The translations under genes and the position numbers were made by a program. A stretch of 64,000 nucleotides of DNA from Macrostomum lignano (Eukaryota). The notes below the pieces were generated by a model. That model had not been told where the DNA came from. It did no database searches and worked only from the letters and a program-made list of their open reading frames with translations. Within the stretch, counting starts at the first letter, position 1; each line of letters begins with the position of its first letter. Positions 35,791 to 49,310 of the stretch are shown here, piece after piece. The DNA lies in NCBI GenBank assembly GCA_002269645.1, contig NIVC01000928.1, positions 1 to 64,000 on the forward strand. The letters are read 5' to 3'.

Positions 35791-36644
35791 AATTTCAGTG
35801 AGGACACGGAAAGACAGCTCAGGATTCCGATCTACAAGTTTACTGAATTACCCCTTTTTGCACGGGTAATTAGAGGCTCAGACAGCTTCATCAGAAATCA
35901 CCTACAGTTATAGATGGTTATTGCTAATTAAAGAGAATCGCTGATAATTTTTTGTCTGTCAGTCTGTCAGATTTGCTTTTCCATTACAGAACGGAGCAGC
36001 CCGATCAAAGCAGGTGGATTCGCCATTTTCTAGAAATTATAGAGCTCAAGATTTTTGTAAATCAGAGTTTGCAAGAGCAACCGTTTGACTTTTTATGCTT
36101 TGGTGCGGGTGTCCTTATAGCGAGTGTGGAGACTACTCTCATATATTTGCAGCCAGCCCGCACTCCGTTAAAAGTACGTGAAACAGCATCTGCGGATGTC
36201 GCAGGGAAAAAAGAGCTGAACCTTGGTAAGAGATTACCGGATGGGTTGTTTTTGGGGACCTGGACGCAGAGCTTTGAGTCACTTCGGCTTCATTGAAGAG
36301 ACAGTTTTGTAAAAATTTTAATAAAACATGGACTGGGGAAATACCAAGTTGTAGTATTTGGGCGCCCTCCCTTGCAGCTGTGATAAGATGGTTCTGGTTT
36401 GTCCCTATCTCCGTCCTGGTGGGCTGAAAGATATTGAAAACACTATTTACTTTAGGATATTCGGCTTGGTGTCTGTTGATGCAAAGCATATTTTTGTGGG
36501 AATAATTTATAGGGGACAAATTTAGTAAACTGAGAACTTGTTTCGCAGATCCTATAGCGCACTGCCACTCAGACTGCTGATACGCTGGTATCTAGAAGGC
36601 TGTTGGCTTCCTAAAACAGCGTTTCGAAAGTGGACACAGTCTGG

Positions 36645-37757
36645 AATCTAGGATCTGGGATCTAGGATCTGGGATCTAGGATCTGGGATCTAGGATCTGG
36701 GATCTAGGATCTGGGATCTAGGATCTGGGATCTAAGATCTGGGATCTGGGATCTAGGATATGGGATCTAGGATCTGGGATCTAGGATCTGGGATCTAGGA
36801 TCTGGGATCTAGGATCTGGGATCTAGGATCTGGGATCTAGGATCTGGGATCTAGGATCTGGGATCTAGGATCTGGGATCTAAGATCTGGGATCTGGGATC
36901 TAGGATATGGGATCTAGGATCTGGGATCTAGGATCTGGGATCTAGGATCTGGGATCTAGGATCTGGGATCTAGGATCTGGGATCTAGGATCTGGGATCTA
37001 GGATCTGGGATCTAGGATCTGGGATCTAGGATCTGGGATCTAGGATCTGGGATCTAAGATCTGGGATCTAAGATCTGGGATCTGGGATCTAGGATCTGGG
37101 ATCTAGGATCTGGGATCTAGGATCTGGGATCTAGGATCTGGGATCTAGGATCTGGGATCTAGGATCTGGGATCTAGGATCTGGGATCTAGGATCTGGGAT
37201 CTAGGATCTGGGATCTAGGACCTGGGATCTAGGATCTGGGATCTAGGATCTGGGATCTAGGATCTGGGATCTAGGATCTGGGATCTAGGATCTGGGATCT
37301 AGGATCTGGGATCTAGGATCTGGGATCTAGGATCTGGGATCTAGGATCTGGGATCTAGGATCTGGGATCTAGGATCTGGGATCTAGGATCTGGGATCTAG
37401 GATCTGGGATCTAGGATCTGGGATCTAGGATCTGGGATCTAGGATCTGGGATCTAGGATCTGGGATCTAGGATCTGGGATCTAGGATCTGGGATCTAGGA
37501 TCTGGGATCTAGGATCTGGGATCTAGGATCTGGGATCTAGGATCTGGGATCTAGGATCTGGGATCTAGGATCTGGGATCTAGGATCTGGGATCTAGGATC
37601 TGGGATCTAGGATCTGGGATCTAGGATCTGGGATCTAGGATCTGGGATCTAGGATCTGGGATCTAGGATCTGGGATCTAGGATCTGGAATCTAGGATCTG
37701 GGATCTAGGATCTGGGATCTAGGATCTGGGATCTAGGATCTGGGATCTAGGATCTGG
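36645..37757 (+). repeat. 14-nt satellite (ggatctaggatctg)n, array C
   Basis: Direct reading. Confidence 0.92.
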
Positions 37758-38436
37758 ACTCATCCAACCACAACATGCATAGACATGGGCATATGCCTGC
37801 AGTTGTATCACCAATTCAAAAAAAGTTTTAAAGAGTTCCATTTCATTCCATTTAATGAAACGTGATTAAAAGCTGAAAAATGTCCACTTTATCGACAAAA
37901 TTGTCAAGAGGACTGGTGAATCAATGTACCAGTACTTGGTGCTCTCGTCCTGCAGGTAAGGATCCCAGGGCATACTGTCATTTTCTGGCTAGACTGGGTC
38001 CTGAAAAATAATTATTTACTGCCCATGAGTCCGTGCACTTTTAAGCAGCAATAGCAGTTTTCCGAGCTCACCTGTTCTATAATATTTCAATAGTGAGGAA
38101 GATTAACACTGTCTCACAAAATTTAAATACTGGGAATCAGTATATTCTGTGTCTGTCTCATTCAAATGATCCCGAAGCACTAGAGAGTAATTACTGCTTG
38201 ATAGGCCGTGCAAGGCTTGACCGTCCATCAGGCTCATAAATATCCAGTGAGTTCTAATTCCGTCTGTCTGCCTGTTTTAGTGCGTTCCTGTCTTAGTGTC
38301 TGTCTGTCTTAGTGTCTGTCTTAGTGTCTGTCTTAGTGTCTGTCTTAGTGTCTGTCTTAGTGTCTGTCTTAGTGTCTGTCTGTCTGTCTGTCTGTCTGTC
38401 AGTCGGTCTGTCTGGCTGTCTGTCTGTCTGTCTGTA

Positions 38437-38575
<139 letters not shown>

Positions 38576-38576
38576 A

Positions 38577-38633
<57 letters not shown>

Positions 38634-39659
38634 CCTGGCCTCTCTAAAATATTTGAGGGCAGCAAGGACGCCTGCTTCGCACCTGTTCAAACCGGCTCTG
38701 CTCGACGCTTGCCTGGATTGCAAAGTTACTCCACATACGTTAAAATTTATAATTATACTCAAATAGACCAGGAATGATTTAAAAGGCAGCTCAAAAGAAC
38801 AAAATAACAAAGCAAAATGTGTTTTTTCCAGACACATGAGTCCCAGCAGCGGTGGAACAAACAGCTTTTAGTGCTGCAACCTGATTGATACCTTGGGAGT
38901 GGTGAGTTTGCCTAATTGCATAGGTAGCCATGGGTGTATTCTTACACTGAAGTAAACAAAGAGAAGAGGTTGCTTAAAATCTAAAAATAATCTCTCTCCT
39001 ATCTACTCTAAACCTTACTCTCCCTTCTCCTCTTCTCCCCTCTCCGCTCACTTCTCTCTCCTCACTTCTCTCCCCCTCCCCTCTCCCTCTCTCCCCTCTC
39101 CTCTTTCCTCTCCTCTCTCGAATCTCACTCTCTTTTATCCTCTCTTCTCTCTGATTCTCAAAGAGCATCTCCACTCTCTGCCTTCCTCCCCCATTTTCTG
39201 CCTGTCTGTCCCGTGCCTCTCTCCCCTAATATGGCAGCCTGCATGGTATTATAGGTATTAGTTTAATATTCGGAAATGCACAACTTAAGACCCTCAATCG
39301 ATGGGGCGAGTCTTTCATGCGTGCAGGCCCTGATCTGGAGATCATTCAGCCGACAATGAGCAGATGGCGAAATCGGAGACCTTAGCCGGAGAATGTTCTG
39401 TTCTGCCCTGTCAAGCTTGAGCAAAATGGCAAGCATAGCTGGATGAGTAATTTTTCAGTTGAATGCCTGACGAAATGTGTCCCCCATGCCAACTAAAAAG
39501 GCCTGTGTCTCAGTGCCACAAGCCATTGCTGGCTAAAGTATAAACTCTAGAAATGTACTAATCGAAAATGTTCCCAGAACCCAGTTTAAGCGTTCGATTC
39601 TTCCCAAGTTCAAAATCCTCATTTGAAAACTTAAAATTACAGTCACAAAGATCGAACTT

Positions 39660-40955
39660 CTAAACTAAGAGCTCCGAATTCCAATGACAAAACTCTCCAA
39701 ATTCCAATTACTAAGCTCCAAATTCCAATCACAAAGCTCCAAATTCCAATCCTAAAGCTCCAAATTCCAATCACAAAGCTCCAAATTCCAATCACAAAGC
39801 TCCAAATTCCAATCACAAAGCTCCAAATTCCAATCACAAAGCTCCAAATTCCAATCACAAAGCTCCAAATTCCAATCACAAAGCTCCGAATTCCAATCAC
39901 AAAGCTCCGAATTCCAATCACAAAGCTCTCCTAATTCTAATCACAAAGCTCCAAATTCCAATTTTGAAGCTCCAAATTCCAATCAAAAAACTCCAAATTC
40001 TAATCACAAAGCTCCAAATTCCAATTTCGAAGCTCCAAATTCCAATAAAAAAACTCCAAATTCTAATCATAAAGCTCCAAATTCCAATCATAAAACTCCA
40101 AATTCTAATCATAAAGCTCCAAATTCCAATCCCCAAGCTCTTCAAATTCCAATCACAAAACTCGCAAAATTCCAATCACAAAGCTCCGAATTCCAATCAC
40201 AAAGCTCCAAATTCCAATCACAAAGCTCCAAATTCCAATTTTGAAGCTCCAAATTCCAATCAAAAAACTCCAAATTCTAATCACAAAGCTCCAAATTCCA
40301 ATTTCGAAGCTCCAAATTCCAATAAAAAAACTCCAAATTCTAATCATAAAGCTCCAAATTCCAATCATAAAACTCCAAATTCTAATCATAAAGCTCCAAA
40401 TTCCAATCCCCAAGCTCTTCAAATTCCAATCACAAAACTCGCAAAATTCCAATCACAAAGCTCCAAATTCCAATCAAAAAGCTTCAAATTCCAATCACAA
40501 AGCTCCAAATTCCAATCACAAAACTCTCCAAATTCCAATCACAAAGCTCCAAATTCCAATCACAACGCTCTCCAAATTCCAATCACAAAGCTCTCCGAAT
40601 TCCAATCACAAAATTCCAAATTCCAATCACAAAGCTCCGAATTCCAATCACAAAACTCTCCAAATTTCAATCACAAAGCTCCAAATTCCAATCACAAAGC
40701 TCTAAATTCCATTCATAAAGCTCCAAATTCCAATCACAAAGCTCCAAATTCCAATCACAAAGCTCCAAATTCCAATCACAAAGCTTTAAGTTCCAATCAC
40801 AAAGCTCCAAATTCCAATCACAAAGCTCCAAATTACAATTATAAAGCTCCAAATTCCAATCCCAAGGCTCCAAATTCCAATCATAAAGCTCCAAATTCCA
40901 ATCACAAAGCTCCAAATTCCAAGCACAAAGCTCCAAATTCCAAGCACAAAGCTGT
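39660..40955. repeat. 21-nt minisatellite (ctccaaattccaatcacaaag)n with an internal ~277-nt higher-order duplication
   Basis: Tandem units; ORFs starting at 39964 and 40241 begin with identical translations. Confidence 0.9.
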
Positions 40956-41454
40956 AAAATTATCCCAAAGCTTCCTAATTCCAACTAAAACGGTTGAAGT
41001 CTTATCCGAACTCTATAAATGCCTATCCTCAGTCCAGGTGCAGAAGGTAGTATGTACTTATCTAATTCCGCGCTCGATAAAGCGCAGTTCGGACCGAAAG
41101 AAATTCTGCTGCTTGGTAAATTAGAAACGCGTCTTCATCAGTGCTGCACAACATTTTATAGTCCAGCACAGGGACCGCAGCAGCCTTGCATGTGGTATGT
41201 CAGACAATATTTACACAACTCCCAGTGAAAGCGAGACGAGAGTGCAGTATTATTAAACGAATGGTTCGCAGGCTGAGGCGAGCTGCTTAGAGCGTTTCAA
41301 CACCAAAACACCAGGCGGCGTTAACTGAGACAAAAGTACTTTAACAGGAAACAGGCATCAAGCCTTGTGGGTCGAGAATGAAGGTGACAGTCAGATATTC
41401 TGTGGCGGCATCGTCGCTTCAAAGCAATGGGCTGGCCCCAGCTTTCCTGATCTA

Positions 41455-42487
41455 ACTCTCTGCCGGCTTAGCGACTGCTTGTGTCTCTGCCGGCTTAGCG
41501 ACTGCTTGTGTCTCTGCCGGCTTAGCGACTGCTTGTGTCGCTGCCGGCTTAGCGACTGCTTGTGTCTCTGCCGGCTTAGCGACTGCTTGTGTCGCTGCCG
41601 GCTTAGCGACTGCTTGTGTCTCTGCCGGCTTAGCGACTGCTTGTGTCTCTGCCGGCTTAGCGACTGCTTGTGTCTCTGCCGGCTTAGCGACTGCTTGTGT
41701 CTCTGCCGGCTTAGCGACTGCTTGTGTCTCTGTCTCTTCTCTGTCTCTTCTCTGTCACTTTTCTGCCGCTTCTCTGCCTCTTCTCTGCCTCTTCTCTGCC
41801 TCTTCTCTGTCTCTTCTCTGTCTCTTCTCTGCCTCTTCTCTGTCACTTCTCTGTCACTTTTCTGCCGCTTCTCTGCCTCTTCTCTGCCTCTTCTCTGCCT
41901 CTTCTCTGTCACTTCTCTGCCGCTTCTCTGCCTCCTCTCTGCCTCTTCTCTGCCTCTTCTCTGTCGCTTCTCTGCCTCTTCTCTGCCTCTTCTCTGCCTC
42001 TTCTCTGTCGCTTCTCTGCCTCTTCTTTGCCACTTCTCTGCCTCTTCTCTGTCTCTTCTCTGCCGCTTCTCTGCCTCTTCTCTGCCTCTTCTCTGCCTCT
42101 TCTCTGTCACTTCTCTGTCACTTCTCTGCCTCTTCTCTGCCTCTTCTCTGTCACTTCTCTGCCGCTTCTCTGCCTCCTCTCTGCCTCTTCTCTGCCTCTT
42201 CTCTGTCGCTTCTCTGCCTCTTCTCTGCCTCTTCTCTGCCTCTTCTCTGTCGCTTCTCTGCCTCTTCTTTGCCACTTCTCTGCCTCTTCTCTGCCTCTTC
42301 TCTGCCGCTTCTCTGCCTCTTCTCTGCCTCTTCTCTGCCTCTTCTCTGTCACTTCTCTGTCACTTCTCTGCCGCTTCTCTGCCTCTTCTCTGCCTTTTCT
42401 CTGTCACATCTCTGCCGCTTCTCTGCCTCTTCTCTGCCTTTTCTCTGTCTCTTCTCTGCCTCTTCTCTGCCGCTTCTCTGCCTCTTC
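41455..42487. repeat. Compound array: 27-nt (ctctgccggcttagcgactgcttgtgt)n then ~12-nt (ctctgcctcttc)n
   Basis: Direct reading. Confidence 0.9.
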
Positions 42488-42809
42488 AGCTAGTGCTAGT
42501 GCTCAAGTACGCACACGGGTACCCTGAGACCCCAGAGCGGCCCTGCTGTGCGCCCAAGTGAATCAGAGCCAGGCACTGGCAGCGAACTTGGCTGTTTCAA
42601 TGAATTAAAGACAAAATGCGTGTCCGGTCAGATCAGCTGAAGCAGACGCATGCTGTCACGCCATAGTCAACAACTTGAATAAATCAGTTTTCATGATAAT
42701 CTGGATAACGGACAACCCACAGGCTTAGCCTCAGCTCTTTGATCGTGAGAAGCGAAAATGAGAGCGCTAAACACAAATTCAACTCTTTGTCGCCGCTCGG
42801 ATCAGACCC

Positions 42810-42950
42810 GTTATCTATCCAATCACGAACTTTATAATCCTTCAATTGAGCGAGAAATCTGTATTTTAATCCCCCAGGAGTGGCGTCACGCCGTCGCGAA
42901 AGGCGGGGTCTTCGAATAGGGATTTTCCAGTCACGTGGAATTATTCCAGC
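42810..42950 (-). mobile_element. Possible decayed LINE reverse-transcriptase fragment
   Basis: GIIPRDWKIPI and RFLAQLKDYKVRDWIDN loosely resemble the non-LTR RT motifs G.IP..WK and LL.KL..YG...L.WI. Weak. Confidence 0.25.
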
Positions 42951-43061
42951 TTGGTCTGGGCGGGGCGGCCTGACGATTTTTGACCGCGCCCAAACCACTC
43001 TCAACCTCTGCAAGCTTTTTGTTCTGAGTTGTCGATCACCACGGTGTGGGGGATTATGGAA

Positions 43062-43720
43062 AGAATGGGATGGGATGAGATGGGATGGGATGGGATGGGA
43101 TGGGATGAGATGAGATGGGATGGGATGGCATGGGATGGAATGGGATGGGATGGGATGGGATGGGATGGGATGGGATGGGATGAGATGAGATGGGATGGGA
43201 TGGCATGGGATGGAATGGGATGGGATGGGATGGGATGGGATGGGATGGGATGGGATGAGATGAGATGGGATGGAATAGGATGAGATGGGATGGAATGGGA
43301 TGGGATGAGATGGGATGGGATGGGATGGGATGCGATAGGATGGGATGGGATGGGATGGGATGGGATGGGATGGGATGGGATAAGATGGGATGGGATGGAA
43401 TGGGATGAGATGGGATGGGATGAGATGAGATGGAATGAGATGGGATGGAATGGGATGGGATGGGATAGGATGGGATGGGATGAGATGGGATGGGATGGAA
43501 TGAAATAGGGTGGGATGGGATGGGATGGGATGGGATGGGATGGGATGAGATGGGATGGGATGGGATGGGATGGGATGGGATGAGATAGGATGGGATGGGA
43601 TGGGATGGGATGAGATAGGATGGGATGGGATGGGATGAGATAGGATGGGATGGGATGGGATGGGATGGGATAGGATGGGATGGGATGGAATGGGATGGGA
43701 TAGGATGGGATGGGATGGGG
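43062..43720. repeat. (GGGAT)n pentamer microsatellite
   Basis: Direct reading. Confidence 0.92.
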
Positions 43721-44380
43721 CTGTTTTTGCACAGCAGGCTGCCCAGTGTCCCTGAATCCAGCCCAGTCAGCAGCCAATTTCCCAAGATGTCGCAGTCAGT
43801 CGGCAGCTGTTCGAATCCCATGCAGTTTTTTTTTTCAAATTTCGTTCGCAAAACATTTTGAGTCGAATATTATATCGCCGTCGGATGTTTTTGCTACCCC
43901 CGTCGATGGCAACAGGTTCTGTCGCTATTGAGGCACGGATGCGAGACACGTAAAAATCCCTGATCCCAAATTTTCCCCATTCCTGACAGGCGGGCCGCGG
44001 TTGCTTCGATACAGTGCCGGCTGGAGCCTCGGGGAGGAAAAAGATGGAAATTTGATTTCCAACCGCCAGATGGGATGTCAAGCCGCAGACAGGGGGAAAA
44101 TTATCCTCACTAACTATATACGCATTGCTTGTTTCCGCGAAATAGTTTCGTCCTTGCTGACGAGCGCATAAATGCCGAAGCGCCTTCCGTGGCAACTGTG
44201 AAAAAGCAGAAATTAAGGCTGTGCAGAATCTGCGAACATCTTCGAAGATTTGAAGATTCGAAAATTTTCTTCTTTTAGCTAGCAGGCAATGCCTGCCGGT
44301 TCTCACGCTTGTCTGGGAAGCAGGGACTGCTAAAAATACGAGTCAGTGGACTGGAAGGCGGGATACCGTCATTTGACTGT

Positions 44381-44409
44381 GGGTTAGGGTTAGGGTTAGG
44401 GTTAGGGTT
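44381..44409 (+). repeat. Short interstitial telomeric tract (GGGTTA)4GGGTT
   Basis: Perfect TTAGGG repeats. Confidence 0.75.
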
Positions 44410-45029
44410 GTTTTAAATTAAAATTAAATGTTTTAAATCCCTCCTTATTTTAAATTCTTGCTTTAAGTTTCCAATCCACCGACGCTATCTCCAGGAGTCC
44501 CTGTCTGAAGGCTCCGGTCTCTGATTGGCTGCCTGCCTGAGTGGTTGGCTCTCCAAAGATTTGCAGTTTCTGAATAAAGGAAATCAGCCCACGGCCCAGG
44601 CAGCTGCCACCCACCCTGCGAGCTCTGCTTTCACCAGAACTCTACAGCCATGCCTAACCAAGATAATTTCAGCTACGAAGACACAAGTCCGCAAGATGTT
44701 CCCGAGTTCCAGCTGGGTGAGTCCGGTGGCAAGTCTCAATAATTGCACTTTTCTCTGCTCTAGATCATCTGGATGACTTGAATAATAGAAATGTCTGTCA
44801 AATCTATCTATGTGCATGCGGGCAGACTGCCAACTAAATTCACAGTGATTAAAACTCGGATTGCTGGTTTCGGCTTAGTGCGCGTGTACTTTCTATTTTT
44901 GTGTTGGATTGATGGCGTTTAAAAAATTCATTAATTTCACCATTCTTGGGGTCCAAGTGGGTCAGGGGCTGCCACTTTTCGTGACATTGAGAAATTTGAC
45001 TCAGCACTCCCCTGACACCGCGGGATGGG

Positions 45030-46032
45030 ATCGGGCACTCTGATGACACTGAGATTGGGCATTCTGGTGACACTGGGATTGGGAACTCCCCTGACACTGA
45101 GATTGGGCACTCTGGTGACACTGGGATTGGGAACTCCCCTGACACTGGGATTGGGCACTCTGGTGACACTGAGATTGGGCACTCTGGTGACACTGGGATT
45201 GGGCATTCTGGCGACACTAAGATTGGACACTCTGGTGACACTGAGATTGGGAACTCCCCTGACACTGAGATTGGGCACTCTGTTGACACTGAGATTGGGC
45301 ACTCTGGTGACACTGGGATTGGGAACTCCCCTGACACTGGGATTGGGCACTCTGGTGACACTGAGATTGGGCACTCTGGTGACACTGGGATTGGGCATTC
45401 TGGCGACACTAAGATTGGACACTCTGGTGACACTGAGATTGGGAACTCCCCTGACACTGAGATTGGGCACTCTGTTGACACTGAGATTGGGCACTCTGGT
45501 GACACTGGGATTGGGCATTCTGGTGACACTGGGATTGGGAACTCCCCTGACACTGAGATTGGGCACTCTGGTGACACTGGGATTGGGAACTCCCCTGACA
45601 CTGGGATTGGGCACTCTGGTGACACTGAGATTGGGCACTCTGGTGACACTGGGATTGGGCATTCTGGCGACACTAAGATTGGACACTCTGGTGACACTGA
45701 GATTGGGAACTCCCCTGACACTGAGATTGGGCACTCTGTTGACACTGAGATTGGGCACTCTGGTGACACTGGGATTGGGAACTCCCCTGACACTGGGATT
45801 GGGCACTCTGGTGACACTGAGATTGGGCACTCTGGTGACACTGAGATTGGGAACTCCCCTGACACTGAGATTGGGCACTCTGTTGACACTGAGATTGGGC
45901 ACTCTGTTGACACTGGGATTGGGCACTCTGGTGGCACTGGGATTGGGCACTCTGGTGGCACTGGGATTGGGCACTCTGGTGACACTGAGATTGGGCACTC
46001 TGTTGACACTAGGATTGGGCACTCTGGTGACA
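45030..46032. repeat. 24-nt minisatellite (gacactgggattgggcactctggt)n
   Basis: Direct reading, with higher-order variant blocks. Confidence 0.9.
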
Positions 46033-47094
46033 GGAATCGGGTTTGCCCTAATTGGCACTGGAACTTGGCACTCTCTTTAACACCAGGAACAGAAATTAAG
46101 CACTTCCCCACAACTGTCAAAGCTTGTACTTCCCACGGAGGAAGCGGCCATCTGGGTCAGGCAAAAGGCCATGCTGCATCATAGGAAGCAGACGACAGGA
46201 CCCCAGCAGAGATCTCGGAGGTCGATAAAAAGGCAGAGCAGGCCATGTTAGTTACCAGAACCCAGCAGAGAAATGCTGCTCAGAATCTGCTTCACTCTTC
46301 TCTGTCCCCTCCGTCTCCCGCTTCCCTCAACCCCAAACGTCTGTCTGTATCAGGAAACCAGAGGTCTGGGCTGCAATCCACTCTACATACTATTATAGTT
46401 CCGTGAATCTGGAAAAGTACCCCCCTCCCCTAAACGTTAATCGGACATCTTGCACTTAAAGAACTTCTTCCAAAAGAAAAAGATTTTGAAGGAAAAACAT
46501 TAAGTAAAATAAAGAATAAGAACGCAGCGCCGCCCACGCGAAGACTTCCACCCCATGGAAGAGGCGCGAGAGGCGGTGTACATGCCAGCTCGCGGCTCTT
46601 GAGGCTGTTGAGAGGGACATTGGGCAGCAGCAGGGAAGAGAAGAACTGGGGTTGGAGACAGAGCTTAGGCCACTGCTCTGCAACTGCTGCATTGCTAGTA
46701 GCATTAGTCGCAGACACAGGAAGACACAGACTGGGCTTAACTGAAGTGTTTAACTTTCCTTAAGCTTGCATTGTTGCTTTGCTGATGGGAAATGATGAAA
46801 TTTTGTTCTTCAGCCAGTAGGCAGCAGTGAGCCTGGCTGAGCAAATACTGCATGGGCTGTAGGGGGCTGCAGAGCTGCAGGAGTTCATTAGGAATGCGGC
46901 AAGCTTTTTGTACCGTCCTCTTTATTCCCTGTGTGGTCTAAGTCATCGATTGGCACCGTGCTGGAGAAAGCCCAGCGTTGGGTTCTTTCTTGATGCACAC
47001 AGTGGCAGAATAGAATTGATAGAATAGAATAAATTAGCGTAGAGAGTAGAGTTTGATTAAAGCAGCATAGATGAGAATAATATATGATAGACTA

Positions 47095-47905
47095 CCAGTG
47101 AGACTACAGACTGTTTCAGTGACACTACAGACAGTTTCAGTGACAGTTTCAGTGACACTACAGACAGTCTCAGTGACACTACAGACAGTCTCAGTGACAC
47201 TACAGACAGTCTCAGTGACACTACAGACAGTCTCAGTGACACTACAGACAGTCTCAGTGACACTACAGACAGTCTCAGTGACACTACAGACAGTCTCAGT
47301 GACACTACAGACAGTCTCAGTGACACTACAGACAGTCTCAGTGACACTACAGACAGTCTCAGTGACACTACAGACAGTCTCAGTGACACTACAGACAGTC
47401 TCAGTGACACTACAGACAGTCTCAGTGACACTACAGACAGTCTCAGTGACACTACAGACAGTTTCAGTGACACTACAGACAGTCTCAGTGACACTACAGA
47501 CAGTCTCAGTGACACTACAGACAGTCTCAGTGACACTACAGACAGTTTCAGTGACACTACAGACAGTTTCAGTGACACTACAGACAGTCTCAGTGACACT
47601 ACAGACAGTCTCAGTGATACTACAGACAGTCTCAGTGACACTACAGACAGTTTCAGTGACAGTTTCAGTGACACTACAGACAGTCTCAGTGACACTACAG
47701 ACAGTCTCAGTGACACTACAGACAGTCTCAGTGACACTACAGACAGTTTCAGTTACACTACAGACAGTCTCAGTGACACTACAGACAGTCTCAGTGACAC
47801 TACAGACAGTCTCAGTGACACTACAGACAGTCTCAGTGACACTACAGACAGTTTCAGTGACAGTTTCAGTGACACTACAGACAGTCTCAGTGACACTACA
47901 GACAG
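47095..47905. repeat. 21-nt minisatellite (gacagtctcagtgacactaca)n
   Basis: Direct reading. Confidence 0.92.
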
Positions 47906-48449
47906 CTCACGTATATTTATGCCTTGGGATCTCAACCCCTACCAATCGTAATCTCTAGCTCTTTCCCTCTATCTGTGCCTCCATATTTCTGTCTGAGATT
48001 ACCGTAGTTGCCCTCAAGACACACCGAGTCTGCCGCTTGAGTTCAGACAATTTCGCACCGATGCCGCCTCAGGGCTTCAGCCCCCTCCCCCTCTGTCGGC
48101 TAATTATCCTGCGAGATCCTTGACCTTCAATTCAAGTAGGCCCCAGTCTGCATGCAGTTGAAAATAAATGTTAATGGATTCGAATATTCGCGAGTGCGAG
48201 CACCAATTACATCCCGCGCATCGATTCTCGGAGTTAATCCCCATTCTCAAAGTAGGGGATTAGAACGAATTTCAGTAAAAAGGGGGGTTTTTTAAACTAG
48301 CAGACACGCATTTCTGTTTTGACAGTTTTCTAGCACGCATGCACTCGGAACTGCTTTGAAGATCAAAAAACCTCTGTTTGAGTCGAATGTTTTGGCTATA
48401 TAAAGATACGAATTCACTTACTGCCAGGGCAAAATGGAAGCTTGAGATC

Positions 48450-49235
48450 AGGGAATTACGATCAGAAAATAGGGATCAGAAAATGGGATTAGGGAATCAG
48501 AAAATGGGATCAGGAAATGGGGATCAGGAAACGGGGATCAGGAAATGGGGATCAGGAAACGGGGATCAGGAAACGGGGATCAGAAAATGGGGATCAGGAA
48601 ATGGGATCAGATAATGGGGATCAGGAAATGGGGATCAGAAAATGGGATCAGGAAATGGGGATCAGAAAATGGGATCAGGAAATGGGGATCAGAAAATGGG
48701 ATCAGGAAATGGGGATCAGAAAATGGGGATCAGGAAACGGGGATCAGAAAATGGGGATCAGGAAATGGGATCAGATAATGGGGATCAGAAAATGGGGATC
48801 AGAAAATGGGATCAGGAAATGGGGATCAGAAAATGGGGATCAGGAAATGGGGATCAGAAAATGGGGATCAGAAAATGGGGATCAGGAAACGGGGATCAGG
48901 AAACGGGGATCAGAAAATGGGGATCAGGAAATGGGATCAGATAATGGGGATCAGGAAATGGGGATCAGAAAATGGGATCAGGAAATGGGGATCAGAAAAT
49001 GGGATCAGGAAATGGGGATCAGAAAATGGGATCAGGAAATGGGGATCAGAAAATGGGGATCAGGAAACGGGGATCAGAAAATGGGGATCAGGAAATGGGG
49101 ATCAGAAAATGGGGATCAGAAAATGGGGATCAGAAAATGGGATCAGGAAATGGGGATCAGAAAATGGGGATCAGGAAACGGGGATCAGAAAATGGGGATC
49201 AGGAAATGGGGATCAGAAAATGGGGATCAGAAAAT
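48450..49235. repeat. 14-15-nt minisatellite (ggggatcagaaaat)n immediately upstream of the GPCR
   Basis: Direct reading. Confidence 0.9.
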
Positions 49236-49310
49236 GAGGATCTGCGAAAAGATCTGCGAAAAAGAACAAAGATTTCAAGGCGCCAGTAGTGTAAATCTAC
49301 AAGATTTTTT

